A stretch of DNA of 64,000 nt from contig CAXXVS010000002.1 in NCBI GenBank assembly GCA_963674755.2, positions 1,696,001 to 1,760,000 on the forward strand, in the 5' to 3' direction. Below are positions 29,044-39,769 of this stretch, piece by piece. Made by a program: the position numbers and the translations under genes. Position 1 is the first letter of the stretch, and each line of letters opens with the position of its first letter. The DNA is from Desulfobacterales bacterium. GTDB taxonomy: Bacteria; Desulfobacterota; Desulfobacteria; Desulfobacterales; UBA5852. Below the pieces are notes generated by a model, which was not told the origin of the DNA, did no database searches, and saw only the letters and a list, made by a program, of their open reading frames with translations.

Positions 29044-31866
29044 ATGGACAAGATTTTAACTCTTTTCGTTCTCTTGCTTATCGTCATTTCGCCCAATGGC
29101 CGGCCTGCCGCCGCTGATGCCGAAGAAAGCCATAAAAATCCCATACCGGTGGGTGTCCTTGAAAACTGGCCTCCGTATTATTCAACCGATCCAAAGACAG
29201 GAATTCCGGAGGGGTTTGCGATCGAGGTGATGAACAAGGCGGCTGAATTGGCCGACCTCAGGATCCGCTACCGATCTTATAAAAACTGGCCCGAGCTCAT
29301 CCGGGCGCTTGCCGCTCACCAAGTGATGGTTGTCCCGAACATGGGCATAACGGCTGAAAGATTGGACCGCTATGATTTCACGGCTCCCTATGAAACATTC
29401 CAAATCGCCATCCTTGTTCGCAGCAGCACGACATCGGTCCGCCGGCTGAATGATCTCGCCCAAAAAAAAGTGGGGGTTGTGGAAGATAACAAGGGAACCG
29501 CCATCATGATGAAGACGGGTGGCGCTGACCTGATGGTGTTTCCATCCCTGTCAGAAGCGTTTATGGCATTATTGACCGGCAACACAGACGCACTGGTTTA
29601 CCCTGAAGCCCCTGTCCGCGCGCTGGCCTTAAACGCCGGTCTTGAAGATGCCATCAAAACGGTGGGAGCGCCCCTCCTTGAAGTAAAACGCGCTATCGCG
29701 ATTATAAAGGGGGAACCGGAAATCTATCAACCCCTGGACAAAGCGGTTTCCGCCCTCATTACATCCCAAGATTTTGTAACCATTTATGAAAAATGGTTTG
29801 GAAAGCCAAAGCCCTACTGGAATGCTCAACGGGTGCTTATCGCCATGGGCATTGTGCTTGCTTTATCGACAGGCCTGCTTTTAGTCCTGCGCCATCGGGC
29901 CGTGACGAAATCGAACGCGGAGCTGTCGCGCTCGATTGACACCCTTAACCATGCCCGGCAACGGATAGCCGAAAACGAAGCGCTGCTGAAGAAATCGCAA
30001 GCCATCGCCCATGTTGGTTCATGGCGGCTGGATGTCCAACAGGATGCGCTTTATTGTACCGATGAAGTCTATCGGATACTGGGATTACAGCCCGGTGCGA
30101 CCGCGCTATCCCATGCAAGCCTTTTGGCCGCGATTCATCCGGATGATCGCGATAGGGTCGCGGGGACATATGCAGCCCTGGATAACAACGGCCATCACCT
30201 CGACCTAACCTATCGCATCCGTCGTCCGGACGGCATCACCCGGTTTGTGCATGAAAAATCAGAAATCATTCGCGATGAATCCGGCCATATCGCTCTGGTC
30301 ATCGGTGTTATACATGATATTTCAGAGCTCAAGAAATCCGAATCGGAATTGCGGCAAAGGGAAGCGACTCTGGATAGTATTTTCAAGGTCGCTCCGGTCG
30401 GCATCGGGATGGGCGTCGATCGTGTTTTTTCGTGGGCCAACGCGTCCCTGTTGGAAATGCTCGGCTATGACCATGATGACCTTATGGGCAGCAGCACCCG
30501 CATCCTCTATTCAAACCAAAGCGAATTTGAAAGGGTGGGGCGCACATATGCGGCCCAGATTGAAAATTGCGGCACCGGATCTCTTGAGACCCAATGGCTA
30601 ACTGCAAAGGGTGATACGATCGACGTGCTGCTCAACATCACGCCCATTAACTTCCCCGACAGATCGGAAGAGGTTGTTTTCACGGTCCTGGACATCAGTG
30701 CCCGGAAAAAAGCTGAGACTCTTTTAAAGGAATCGGAGCGCAATTACCGGGAAATTTTTAATGCCGTCAATGATGTGCTTCTGATTCATGACAAAGATAC
30801 AGGCCAGATTATCGATGCGAATGCCAAAGTGACGGAGCTGTACGGTTATACATCGGGAGAATTGTGTGGCCAAACGGTTGAATGCCTCAGTCTGGGGGAG
30901 CCTCCTTTCGGCGGAGTGGAAGCTGCCGCGAATGTTAAACGGGCTGTTGAGGTAGGCCCTCACCTATTCGAGTGGCGGGCGCGCCATAAATCCGGCCAGG
31001 CCTTCTGGGTGGAGGTCAATCTAAAGCTGGCCTCTATCGGCGGGGCGGAGCGGCTGCTTGCTGTCGTCAGGGATATAAATCAACGCAAAGCCAATGAGAT
31101 GGAGCTAAAAGCCTATCGCGAGCACTTAGAGGAACTCGTGAGGAGCCGCACGGCCGCGCTTGAGAAAAAAACAGAGGAGATGGAAACGTTCACCTATTCC
31201 GTCTCACACGATCTAAAGGCGCCCCTGCGCGGCATTGACGGGTATAGCCGTCTTCTGGCTGATGAATATGCGAATAAGCTCGATGAGGAGGGGCTGCAGT
31301 TTCTGGCGAACATCCGCAGCGCTACGGAACAAATGCATCAATTGATCGAGGATCTCTTGGCCTACTCACGGATGGAGCGCCAGGATCTGCGTCCAATTCC
31401 CGTCGACATTCAACAACTGATCGATGAACTGCTTTTTGAAAGACAGCATGAGATTACCTCGCGATTCATTCACATTGCAACCGAAGTGCCGCCCGAGCGT
31501 CCTGTATGCGATCGCGAAAGTCTTCGCCAAATACTGGGGAATTTTTTAGATAACGCCATTAAATTCACGGTCTCGACATCGGCCCCCCAAGTTGTCTTGC
31601 AGGTTTTAAAAACAACAGACGGCTGGCGGTTTTCGGTCAAGGACAACGGCATCGGCTTCGACCCCAAATACCAGGAGCGCATCTTTGGCATTTTTCAACG
31701 CCTCCACCATGCTGAAGACTTTCCCGGCACCGGGGTCGGTTTGGCCATCGTTAAAAAGGCCGCCGTCCGGATGGGAGGAAGGACCTGGGCTGAAAGCAGC
31801 CCGGGCCGGGGCGCCACCTTTTATGTGGAAATTCCCCAAGCCCAGTCGCCGGAGAATATCGCCTAG
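29044..31866 (+). CDS. membrane sensor kinase: periplasmic SBP, TM, 3 PAS, HisKA/HATPase (Cph1-class transmitter)
   Basis: Signal peptide; SBP family 3 (NWPPY, GFAIEV); YSVSHDLKAPLR, DNGIGFD, FQRLH, GTGVGL. Alternative start 29002. Confidence 0.92.
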   Translation: MDKILTLFVLLLIVISPNGRPAAADAEESHKNPIPVGVLENWPPYYSTDPKTGIPEGFAIEVMNKAAELADLRIRYRSYKNWPELIRALAAHQVMVVPNMGITAERLDRYDFTAPYETFQIAILVRSSTTSVRRLNDLAQKKVGVVEDNKGTAIMMKTGGADLMVFPSLSEAFMALLTGNTDALVYPEAPVRALALNAGLEDAIKTVGAPLLEVKRAIAIIKGEPEIYQPLDKAVSALITSQDFVTIYEKWFGKPKPYWNAQRVLIAMGIVLALSTGLLLVLRHRAVTKSNAELSRSIDTLNHARQRIAENEALLKKSQAIAHVGSWRLDVQQDALYCTDEVYRILGLQPGATALSHASLLAAIHPDDRDRVAGTYAALDNNGHHLDLTYRIRRPDGITRFVHEKSEIIRDESGHIALVIGVIHDISELKKSESELRQREATLDSIFKVAPVGIGMGVDRVFSWANASLLEMLGYDHDDLMGSSTRILYSNQSEFERVGRTYAAQIENCGTGSLETQWLTAKGDTIDVLLNITPINFPDRSEEVVFTVLDISARKKAETLLKESERNYREIFNAVNDVLLIHDKDTGQIIDANAKVTELYGYTSGELCGQTVECLSLGEPPFGGVEAAANVKRAVEVGPHLFEWRARHKSGQAFWVEVNLKLASIGGAERLLAVVRDINQRKANEMELKAYREHLEELVRSRTAALEKKTEEMETFTYSVSHDLKAPLRGIDGYSRLLADEYANKLDEEGLQFLANIRSATEQMHQLIEDLLAYSRMERQDLRPIPVDIQQLIDELLFERQHEITSRFIHIATEVPPERPVCDRESLRQILGNFLDNAIKFTVSTSAPQVVLQVLKTTDGWRFSVKDNGIGFDPKYQERIFGIFQRLHHAEDFPGTGVGLAIVKKAAVRMGGRTWAESSPGRGATFYVEIPQAQSPENIA

Positions 31867-32016
31867 CATACCGTTGCAGGTCATAGACGACTGAGACCGT
31901 CCTGAACCGTAATTGGGATTACGCCCGATTGATCAAGGGCGCCCTCGGACGTCGACTGACCATGTCCGCCCGATGGCATTCATCCTCCTTTCGATGAGGC
32001 GCGCGGAGGCACGATC

Positions 32017-32613
32017 ATGGCAGGTTCTTTCATATCCCTGCTGGGCAGCTTCGATCTGGATACCCTGGAGGCCCATCAGGGACCTGTTGTCGGGCTGTGG
32101 CCGGACTACCGCATGGCTTACCAGAATCCGGCATGGTTCGCCTTTGCCAGCGCCAATGACAGTGAACCGGCGATCTCGCGCGACTGGCCGATCGGCCGGT
32201 CTTTGATGGAGGCGGTACCCGAAGAGCTCAAGCCCTTCTATCGCGGGGCCTTCAACCGATGCCTTGTCAAGGGGAAGCCCTGGCATCATGACTACGAGTG
32301 CTCCAGCGACGCTGTTTTGCGACATTTTCATCTCACCGCCTACCCTCTGGTGCAACGGCAGGGGCTTCTGATCGTGCATTCCCTGACAAGGGAAATCCTC
32401 CCTGACGATGAGGGTCGCCGGGCGGTGCCCTTTTCCTTTTCGCAGCACCGCGACCGCCACGGTTTCGTCCACCAGTGTGCCAATTGCCGGCGGGTTCAGA
32501 ATCTCGCCCAGGGCCCCGACTGCTGGGACTGGGTGCCGTCGCTGATCAAGACCCCTTACGGCATGGTCAGTCACTCGATCTGCCCCATCTGCCTTGCGTA
32601 TTATCACCCCTGA
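32017..32613 (+). CDS. hypothetical PAS-like protein with C-terminal CxxC...SHxICPxC module
   Basis: RBS GGAGG; YQNPAWFAFA PAS-like segment; HQCANCRRV...W...SHSICPIC. Confidence 0.75.
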   Translation: MAGSFISLLGSFDLDTLEAHQGPVVGLWPDYRMAYQNPAWFAFASANDSEPAISRDWPIGRSLMEAVPEELKPFYRGAFNRCLVKGKPWHHDYECSSDAVLRHFHLTAYPLVQRQGLLIVHSLTREILPDDEGRRAVPFSFSQHRDRHGFVHQCANCRRVQNLAQGPDCWDWVPSLIKTPYGMVSHSICPICLAYYHP

Positions 32614-32703
32614 AGGCCATCTCGATTCCCACCAGCGCATCGGATGTACCCGCCGGAGCTTCTGCCCCCTGTCGTTTGACGATTCGCACTGCCCCATGGC
32701 CCC

Positions 32704-32726
32704 ATCAGTGATTTTTCATCACTGAT
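32704..32726. promoter_or_regulatory. perfect 9-bp inverted repeat, candidate operator
   Basis: ATCAGTGAT-TTTTC-ATCACTGAT about 115 bp upstream of the first ORF of the 32.8-44.7 kb operon. Confidence 0.5.
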
Positions 32727-32839
32727 TTATGGTCGTTTTTTCAATGTCATCTTTTCCCGCTAAGCGACGAAAATAGCTATGAAGATCCATAATGCCTGTA
32801 TTTCGGCAGGTTTCGAAAGGCCCGGCAGAGGAAATCACC

Positions 32840-33001
32840 ATGTCCCATTTGCGGAACGCGTTTGCAGAAAATCTGAAGAATTTCGACATCACCGAACGGG
32901 AGGCCATGGAAAACGTGGTCTTGTGCACGGCCGGTCTCGATTTCTGCTGCCCCGATGACACCCCCGACCACCCCGATGCTTCGCAGGGAGAAACCCCATG
33001 A
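32840..33001 (+). CDS. 53-aa acidic small protein heading the signalling operon
   Basis: RBS GAGG; MSHLRNAFAENLKNFDITEREAMENVVLCTAGLDFCCPDD...; ATGA overlap with the next gene. Confidence 0.55.
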   Translation: MSHLRNAFAENLKNFDITEREAMENVVLCTAGLDFCCPDDTPDHPDASQGETP

Positions 33002-35595
33002 AGGCCAAAGTCCTCATCGTCGACGACGAGCCTGCCATCCGGCGCTTGGTTTCACGCACACTGGCGCGACGGGGCTACGAATGCCATTCCGTGGAAAACG
33101 CCCAGGCGGTGCGCCAATCGCTTGCCATTGCCACGGTCGATCTTTTAATCAGCGATATTCGCATGCCGGGCGAGTCCGGCCTCGACCTGGTCCGCTCCGT
33201 ATCCCACACATACCCCCATATGGCCATCATGATGGTCTCCGGCCTGGACGACGGTGAAGTGATTGAATCCGTCATCGATATGGGCGTGGACGGCTACATC
33301 ACCAAACCTTTCGAGACAAATCAGCTGCTGGTGAGCGCCGAACTGGCCCTCAGCCATCGCCGGCTGTCCATCGAAGGGGAGCAACATCGCCGGCAACTCG
33401 AACACCGGGTGGACGATCGCGCGGCTAAGTTGGCTGAAACCGTTAAAAGCCTGGTCGCCGCCCGTCGGGAAAGCGAAAAAGCCAAGACCCTTTTCAAAGG
33501 ACTTTTTACCAATGCCAAAGTCGGCATCGCCATCGGCAAGCCGACCCCGGACGGCAAAGATTTTGTCTTCGTGGACGTCAACCCGGCCGCCGAAGCCATC
33601 ATCGGCAGATCCCGCCGGGATGTGCTGCAATGTTCGATTCGGGACGTTTTCCCCCAAAGCGAGGACATCGGACTGCTGGACTGGGCCCGCACCGTATCCC
33701 ATACCGGTCGGACCGAGGACCGCCTCGTCGCTATCCCCAAGGAGGGCAAAACTCTGTGGCGGCAATTCTGCATCTTTCCTCTGCCCACCGGAGAAATCGT
33801 GGCCTTCATTTCGGATGAAACCGAGCGCATCCTGGCCGAACGCCAGCTGCGCGACCAGGTCAATTTTATCCAGAATCTTATCGAAAGTTTCCCCAGCCCC
33901 ATGTTCTACAAGGGCACCGACGGTTGCTATCAGGGCTGCAACTCGGCTTTCGCCAAGTTGCTGGGCCGGTCCCGGGAGGCGGTTGTGGGCCTGACGGCTG
34001 AAGAAGCATTTCCTGAGGATCTGGCGCAAACCTATATGGCCGTCGACCGCGAGCTGTTCACCCAGGGCGGTTATCGGCAAATCGAAACGCAAATAAAAAT
34101 CGGCGACGGCGAACAACGCGACTTCATTGTGAGCAAACGCATCTACACCGACGACGAAGGCCGGATTGCCGGGGTGGTGGGGGTGTTGATGGACATCAGC
34201 GAACGCATCCAGGCCGAGGCCTTCCTTAAGGAAAGCGAAGCTGAATTCCGCGCCATCGCCGAAAGCGCCCAGGACGCCATCATCAAAATTGATGACCAGG
34301 GATGTGTCACCTACTGGAATCACGCCTCCGAAGCCATCTTCGGCTATTCGGCGGCGGAAGCCGTGGGCCAGGCGCTGCATCCCCTGATCACCCCTTCTCG
34401 CCTCCATGCCGACATCCATCATGCTCTGGAGAATTTCCGCCAGACAGGGCGGGGAACGAGCATCGGGAAAATTATCACAATCACTGCCAAGAGGAAAAGC
34501 GGCGAGGAGTTCCCCGCCGATTTGTCCATCTCCAGTGTCTTCCTTCACGGCGCCTGGCATGCCATCGGCATCGTGCGCGACATCACCGAACGCAAGCAGA
34601 TGGAGGAGCGACTGCTGGCGAAGCACCACAAACTCAAAGCTATCCAAAAAGATCTCGAAGCCCAGAATCTGCACCTGGCCAAAATGCACGCCGAACTCAA
34701 GCAGGCTCAGCAGCAGACAGTCCAGCAGGAGAAAATGGCCTCCATCGGCCAACTGGCCGCCGGCGTAGCCCACGAGATCAATAACCCCACCGGATTTGTC
34801 AGCAGCAACCTTAAAAGCCTGCAGGACTACCTCGAGGACCTCTTCCGGCTGTTGACCGCCTATGGGGAACTGCGCTCTCTTCTCGACGCCTCCCCGAACC
34901 CGGCGCCCGTCGAAACTGCCGAACAACTGGACGACATCAAACGAATCGAATCCGACATCGACCTGGAATTTCTGATGTCCGACACCATCGACCTGATCCG
35001 GGAATCGCGCGAAGGCACCGACCGGATCAAGAAGATCGTCATCGACTTGAAGGACTTCGCCCACCCGGGCCAGCACGAACGCATGACCGCCGACATCAAC
35101 CGCAACATCGAATCGGTGCTCAACATCGTCTGGAACGAACTCAAGTACAATGCCACCGTGCAAAAAGACTTCGGCGACCTGCCGCCGGTGGAATGCTACC
35201 CCCAGCAGCTCAACCAGGTGTTTATGAACCTGCTGGTCAACGCCGGCCATGCCATGCAAACCATGGGCGAGATCCACATCGCCACCCGCACCGCCGGAGA
35301 CCATGTCGAGATCACGATCCGGGACACCGGTTGCGGGATCCCGGAGGAAAACCTGAAGCGCATCTTCGATCCCTTTTTCACCACCAAACCGGTGGGCAAG
35401 GGTACCGGACTGGGGCTGAATGTGGCCTACAACATTATCAAGAAGCATGGTGGTGAAATCAAAGCGGCCAGCCAGGTTGGCGAAGGCACCACCTTTACGA
35501 TCCGGCTACCCATCGAACTGCCGGAAAACCTAGCACCCACCGCCGACCGGCCGGACGATGAAAGGGGAGAGCCCTATGTCTGTCAGGTCTCTTAA
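32998..35595 (+). CDS. cytoplasmic kinase REC-PAS-PAS-PAS-HisKA-HATPase (NtrB class)
   Basis: [14 protein letters not shown]; three PAS domains; [26 protein letters not shown]. Confidence 0.93.
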   Translation: MKAKVLIVDDEPAIRRLVSRTLARRGYECHSVENAQAVRQSLAIATVDLLISDIRMPGESGLDLVRSVSHTYPHMAIMMVSGLDDGEVIESVIDMGVDGYITKPFETNQLLVSAELALSHRRLSIEGEQHRRQLEHRVDDRAAKLAETVKSLVAARRESEKAKTLFKGLFTNAKVGIAIGKPTPDGKDFVFVDVNPAAEAIIGRSRRDVLQCSIRDVFPQSEDIGLLDWARTVSHTGRTEDRLVAIPKEGKTLWRQFCIFPLPTGEIVAFISDETERILAERQLRDQVNFIQNLIESFPSPMFYKGTDGCYQGCNSAFAKLLGRSREAVVGLTAEEAFPEDLAQTYMAVDRELFTQGGYRQIETQIKIGDGEQRDFIVSKRIYTDDEGRIAGVVGVLMDISERIQAEAFLKESEAEFRAIAESAQDAIIKIDDQGCVTYWNHASEAIFGYSAAEAVGQALHPLITPSRLHADIHHALENFRQTGRGTSIGKIITITAKRKSGEEFPADLSISSVFLHGAWHAIGIVRDITERKQMEERLLAKHHKLKAIQKDLEAQNLHLAKMHAELKQAQQQTVQQEKMASIGQLAAGVAHEINNPTGFVSSNLKSLQDYLEDLFRLLTAYGELRSLLDASPNPAPVETAEQLDDIKRIESDIDLEFLMSDTIDLIRESREGTDRIKKIVIDLKDFAHPGQHERMTADINRNIESVLNIVWNELKYNATVQKDFGDLPPVECYPQQLNQVFMNLLVNAGHAMQTMGEIHIATRTAGDHVEITIRDTGCGIPEENLKRIFDPFFTTKPVGKGTGLGLNVAYNIIKKHGGEIKAASQVGEGTTFTIRLPIELPENLAPTADRPDDERGEPYVCQVS

Positions 35596-36676
35596 CCCCG
35601 AAGCCATGATGATCGTGGACGACGACCCCTCCGTCGGGATGGCGCTGCAACGCATCCTGCGCAAGGAAGGGCGGCGCATTCAGATATGCGCAAGTGGCGA
35701 AGAAGCCCTGGGACGCTTAAGCGACCAGGACATCGGCGTTGTCGTCTCAGACCAGATGATGCCGGGCATCGATGGCACGACCCTGTTGGAAGCCATCCGC
35801 TACCGCCGCCCGGACATCGTGCGGGTTCTCATGACCGGCTACAGCAGCGAAAACCGGGCCATCGAGGCCATCAACCGCTCCAACATATTCGGCTACATCA
35901 CCAAGCCCTGGGAAAACAGCGAACTCCGCGCGGTGGTCGACCGCGCTTTCCGCCACCATGCCATGCTGCACGGCCAGCGCGATCAGCTGCTGGCGCTGAC
36001 CGCTAGCCGGTCGGAATCTAATTTTGTCCGTCAGAATCTCGACCACATCCAGGCCCGCATTCTGAAACAGGTTCACACCGTGGAGCGCGATGCCATTATT
36101 ATGCTGGCCCAGGCGGCCGAAGCCAAGGACGATGACACCGGCGAACATGTCCAGCGCCTGGGGCAGATCGCACGCCGCATCTGCATCGGCCTCGGGCTGG
36201 AGGATCGTCTGGTGGAGGAAATCGGCTTTTTCAGCATGGTCCATGACGTGGGCAAAATCCACGTTCCGGACTGCATCCTCAAAAAGCCCGGCCCGCTCAC
36301 CGACGAGGAATGGGACATCATGCGGCAGCACACCGTCTACGGCGAGCGCATCCTGGTGGACCGCCCGATCTACGGTATCGCCCGCCAGATCGCCCGCTCC
36401 CATCATGAACGCTGGGACGGCAAAGGCTACCCCGACGGCCTCAAGGGGCGCGCCATCCCCATCGCCGCACGCATCGTGGCCGTGGCGGACGTGTTCGACG
36501 CCTTGACCCACGAACGGCCCTACAAGGCCGCCTGGCCGGTTGCGCAGGCCGTGGAGGAAATTCGCAACCAGTCGGGCGCCGCCTTCGATCCCCAGGTGGT
36601 GCGGGCCTTCCTGGCATCCATCGAAGAGAAGACCGGTTTCCCTGAGGAAATGGAGGAGGATCATGCCGGATGCTGA
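35576..36676 (+). CDS. REC-HD-GYP cyclic dinucleotide phosphodiesterase
   Basis: EAKDDDTGEHVQR, HDVGK, HHERWDGKGYP and AVADVFDAL are all intact. Confidence 0.93.
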   Translation: MSVRSLNPEAMMIVDDDPSVGMALQRILRKEGRRIQICASGEEALGRLSDQDIGVVVSDQMMPGIDGTTLLEAIRYRRPDIVRVLMTGYSSENRAIEAINRSNIFGYITKPWENSELRAVVDRAFRHHAMLHGQRDQLLALTASRSESNFVRQNLDHIQARILKQVHTVERDAIIMLAQAAEAKDDDTGEHVQRLGQIARRICIGLGLEDRLVEEIGFFSMVHDVGKIHVPDCILKKPGPLTDEEWDIMRQHTVYGERILVDRPIYGIARQIARSHHERWDGKGYPDGLKGRAIPIAARIVAVADVFDALTHERPYKAAWPVAQAVEEIRNQSGAAFDPQVVRAFLASIEEKTGFPEEMEEDHAGC

Positions 36677-38066
36677 ACACACCATCTTGCTGGTGGATGA
36701 CGAAGCGCCCATTTTACGCGCCCTCCAGCGCCTGTTTCGACGCGAAGGCTATCGTATCCTGACGGCCGAGGGCGGCGAACAGGCCCTGACCCTGCTGGCC
36801 GACACCGAGGATCCGGTCTCCCTGATCATCTCGGACCAGCGCATGCCCGGCATGAACGGGGCCCAGTTCCTGGAGCAGTCACGGAAAACGGCGCCGGACG
36901 CCATCCGGTTCCTGCTGACCGGATATTCCGATCTGGACGCGGTGGTGGCCTCGATCAACCGCGGCGAAATCCAGCGCTACCTGACCAAGCCCTGGAACGA
37001 TCAGGACCTTCTGCTGCAAGCGCGCCAGGCCATCGAACAGGTGGAACTGCGCCGCGAAAACCATCGCCTGCTCGAGCTGACCCGGCAGCAGAACATGGAA
37101 TTGCAGGCTTTCAACCAGAAGCTCGAAAAAAAGGTCGAAGCCCGCACCAAAACGATAACGGACAAAAACAAGAAGCTGTCGCGCGCCAATACCGCTCTCA
37201 ACCGCAGCCTGGTGGACACGGTGCGGCTGCTGGCCTCCCTCATCCAGACCCTGAACCCTTTCCTGGGGAACCAGATGAAAGACACGGCCAAGCTGGCCTT
37301 GCAGTTGGGGCGCCGGGTGGGTCTGAAAAGCGATGTCCTCGAAAATATCGAACTGGCGGCCACGATCCATGACATCGGCCTGATCGGCGGTTCGGAGAAG
37401 CTCAGCCGGAAGGACATCCTGGAAGTGTCGTCCCTTGAAGCGACGGAATACCGTCAGCACCCGATTGTGGGTTCGGTCTGCCTGCAGGCCATGGAGCGCA
37501 TGGCGCCGGTGGCCGATATCGTCCTGCACCACCATGAAGCCTTTGACGGCAGTGGTTTCCCGGCCGGGCTGCAGGGCGACGACATCCCCCTGGGGGCCCG
37601 CATCGTCGGGCCCGTTTCCGACTACGTCCGCCTGTCCCAATCCTGGCCTGACAACGTCGTCAAAATCATGACCCGGGCCAAACATCTCCTGGGCGCGGCG
37701 GCCGACGACATCATGATGACCGACCGGGACACATTGGTGGCCACCCTCAACCGCAAGTGCCTGCTGGCAAGGGCCCAGAAAATGTACGATCCGGAAATCG
37801 TCATGGCCTTGATTGCCATGCTGGATAAAACCTCGGGGGATGCCGACAGCGCCGCGGCGGCAGGCGGCGTGCGGCACGTCCATTACGATGAGCTGCAGGT
37901 GGGCATGCGGATCGCGATGGAAATCAGAACCCGCAACGGGCGGTTCGTCCTGCCGGCGGACAGTGTGCTCAACAAAATGCTGCTCAAGGGCATCCAGCGA
38001 TTGGGGCGCGAAGCCGCCATCGTGGAGACGGTGCCGGTAATCGCGGAGGAGCGCAACAATGACTGA
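36663..38066 (+). CDS. REC plus degenerate HD-GYP protein
   Basis: RBS GGAGGAGG; ISDQRMPG, LTKPW; HDIG and HHEAFDGSGFP are present, but the first metal His and distal Asp motifs are altered. Confidence 0.88.
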   Translation: MPDAEHTILLVDDEAPILRALQRLFRREGYRILTAEGGEQALTLLADTEDPVSLIISDQRMPGMNGAQFLEQSRKTAPDAIRFLLTGYSDLDAVVASINRGEIQRYLTKPWNDQDLLLQARQAIEQVELRRENHRLLELTRQQNMELQAFNQKLEKKVEARTKTITDKNKKLSRANTALNRSLVDTVRLLASLIQTLNPFLGNQMKDTAKLALQLGRRVGLKSDVLENIELAATIHDIGLIGGSEKLSRKDILEVSSLEATEYRQHPIVGSVCLQAMERMAPVADIVLHHHEAFDGSGFPAGLQGDDIPLGARIVGPVSDYVRLSQSWPDNVVKIMTRAKHLLGAAADDIMMTDRDTLVATLNRKCLLARAQKMYDPEIVMALIAMLDKTSGDADSAAAAGGVRHVHYDELQVGMRIAMEIRTRNGRFVLPADSVLNKMLLKGIQRLGREAAIVETVPVIAEERNND

Positions 38067-38904
38067 ACTCAGTCTGGCGGCCATCGATCGCATCGATAAT
38101 TTGCCGACGCTGCCCCAGGTGGTCGTTGAAGTTAACCGGCTTATGCAGGATCCGGATGTCTCCCTGCAGCAGGTGGGGGAGCTCATCGAGAAAGATCTGG
38201 CCCTGGCGCCCCGCATTCTCAAATTGGTGAATTCCTCTTTTTTCGGTCTCTCCACGCGGATCAGCAGCATTTCGCGGGCGGTGGTCCTGCTGGGGTTCAA
38301 TACCGTGCGCAGTGCGTTGTTTTCGGTGGCGGTGATCGATGCCATGGCCTCGGGGCGCGACGACGGCCTTTTCAATATCCAGTCTTTCTGGAAGCACTCC
38401 CTGACGGTGGCCGTGATCAGCCGCTATATCAGCCAACAAACCGGTCTGGCCGACAAAGAAAATGCTTTCACGGCCGGCCTGCTGCATGACATCGGGAAAA
38501 TCGTTTTGTGGCAACATTTCAACCCGTGGTTCAAAGCGGTCCATGAAAAGGCCGTTCGGGAAGGTCTTCCGCTTTTCCGGATCGAAGACCAGGAAGGCGA
38601 CTTCTCCCATGCTGCCATCGGAGCTCATTTGGCCCAGAAGTGGCAATTGCCTGAAGTGCTCTGCCGGGCCATCCGTTTCCATCACCGCCCCACACGGGAC
38701 GCGAATGCCGCCCCTGAGGGCATTATACACGTGGCCGATATCCTCAGCCATTGCGTGGCCGATAATAACAACAGCTACCGCCTGGAGGAAGCCGCCGTGG
38801 ATGTGAACGACCCGCCGTGGGCAGTCGTAAAAGATGTTCATCAGTGGTATCCGGCCATCGCCGATGAAATCGAAGAGGCCTGCCAGTTCTTTTTAAAAGG
38901 ATAG
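38059..38904 (+). CDS. HDOD domain protein
   Basis: LPTLPQV, DLALAPRILKLVNSSFFG, FWKHS, AGLLHDIGK, WQLPE...IRFHH. Confidence 0.93.
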   Translation: MTELSLAAIDRIDNLPTLPQVVVEVNRLMQDPDVSLQQVGELIEKDLALAPRILKLVNSSFFGLSTRISSISRAVVLLGFNTVRSALFSVAVIDAMASGRDDGLFNIQSFWKHSLTVAVISRYISQQTGLADKENAFTAGLLHDIGKIVLWQHFNPWFKAVHEKAVREGLPLFRIEDQEGDFSHAAIGAHLAQKWQLPEVLCRAIRFHHRPTRDANAAPEGIIHVADILSHCVADNNNSYRLEEAAVDVNDPPWAVVKDVHQWYPAIADEIEEACQFFLKG

Positions 38905-38908
38905 CTTT

Positions 38909-39757
38909 ATGGACGAATACCGGCACAACATTCTCTGCGTCGATGACGAACTCAATGTGCTCAACGCGCTCAAACGCCTCCTGCGCAAAGAGGATTTCAA
39001 GATCTTCACGGCTCCCAGCGGCAAAGAGGGGCTTGCGGTTTTGGAAAGGGAGGCGATTCATCTCGTCATCTGCGACCAGCGCATGCCCGAGATGAACGGC
39101 ATCGAATTCCTTTCCCAGGTACGCGAACGTTATCCCGACATTGTCCGCATCAGCCTGACCGGCTACACGGAAGTGGATGCCATCACCGAATCCATCAATC
39201 GCGGAAACATCTACAAGTTTTTCCTCAAGCCCTGGAACGATCAGCAGCTCAAGCTGGAGATTCGTCAGGCGCTGGAATACTATGATCTGAGCCGGGACAA
39301 CCGTCGCCTCAATGCGGAGCTGCGCGAAAAGAACCAGGCGCTCGAGGGGATCAACGCCAATCTCGAAGCGCTGGTTGAGGAACGCACCGAGGAGCTGGCC
39401 TTCCGCAACCGGGCCCTTGAAATCTCCCACGCCGTGCTCGACAATCTACCGATTCCGGTGGCTGGGATCAGTACCGATAGGATCATCGTTCTGGCGAACC
39501 TGGACGCCCATAAGTTCTTCGGCGACAGCGCGCCCTTTTCGGTCGGCACCCCCGTCGCGCAGGGGCTGCCGCAGGCGGTATGCGATCTGGTCGACGCCGT
39601 GTTCAAGACCAACCAGCCGGGGGACTGCGTCCTCACCCTGGCGGATGCCGGCACCTGGCGTGTGAAGGGCATGCCCCTGAAGGACAACCGCATCGGCCAG
39701 GGGGTCATCATCACGACCGAGGCGGCGGCAATGGGCGACGGGCCCTCTAATCCTTAG
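38909..39757 (+). CDS. response regulator REC, coiled coil, PAS-like
   Basis: ILCVDDE, ICDQRMPE, FLKPW; C-terminal LDNLPIPV...LAN PAS-like segment. Confidence 0.88.
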   Translation: MDEYRHNILCVDDELNVLNALKRLLRKEDFKIFTAPSGKEGLAVLEREAIHLVICDQRMPEMNGIEFLSQVRERYPDIVRISLTGYTEVDAITESINRGNIYKFFLKPWNDQQLKLEIRQALEYYDLSRDNRRLNAELREKNQALEGINANLEALVEERTEELAFRNRALEISHAVLDNLPIPVAGISTDRIIVLANLDAHKFFGDSAPFSVGTPVAQGLPQAVCDLVDAVFKTNQPGDCVLTLADAGTWRVKGMPLKDNRIGQGVIITTEAAAMGDGPSNP

Positions 39758-39769
39758 GGAGATCCATCC

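Noticed and set aside
29044..31866. Bacteriophytochrome or light input for the Kai system
   Set aside because: No PAS-GAF-PHY core or LOV GxNCRFLQ motif seen in any kinase.
33145..35448. 767-aa minus-strand ORF and similar ones (17147-18607, 19025-20374, 41965-43722, 44895-45968, 47677-48936)
   Set aside because: Each mirrors a well-supported gene on the opposite strand and has no recognisable motifs.
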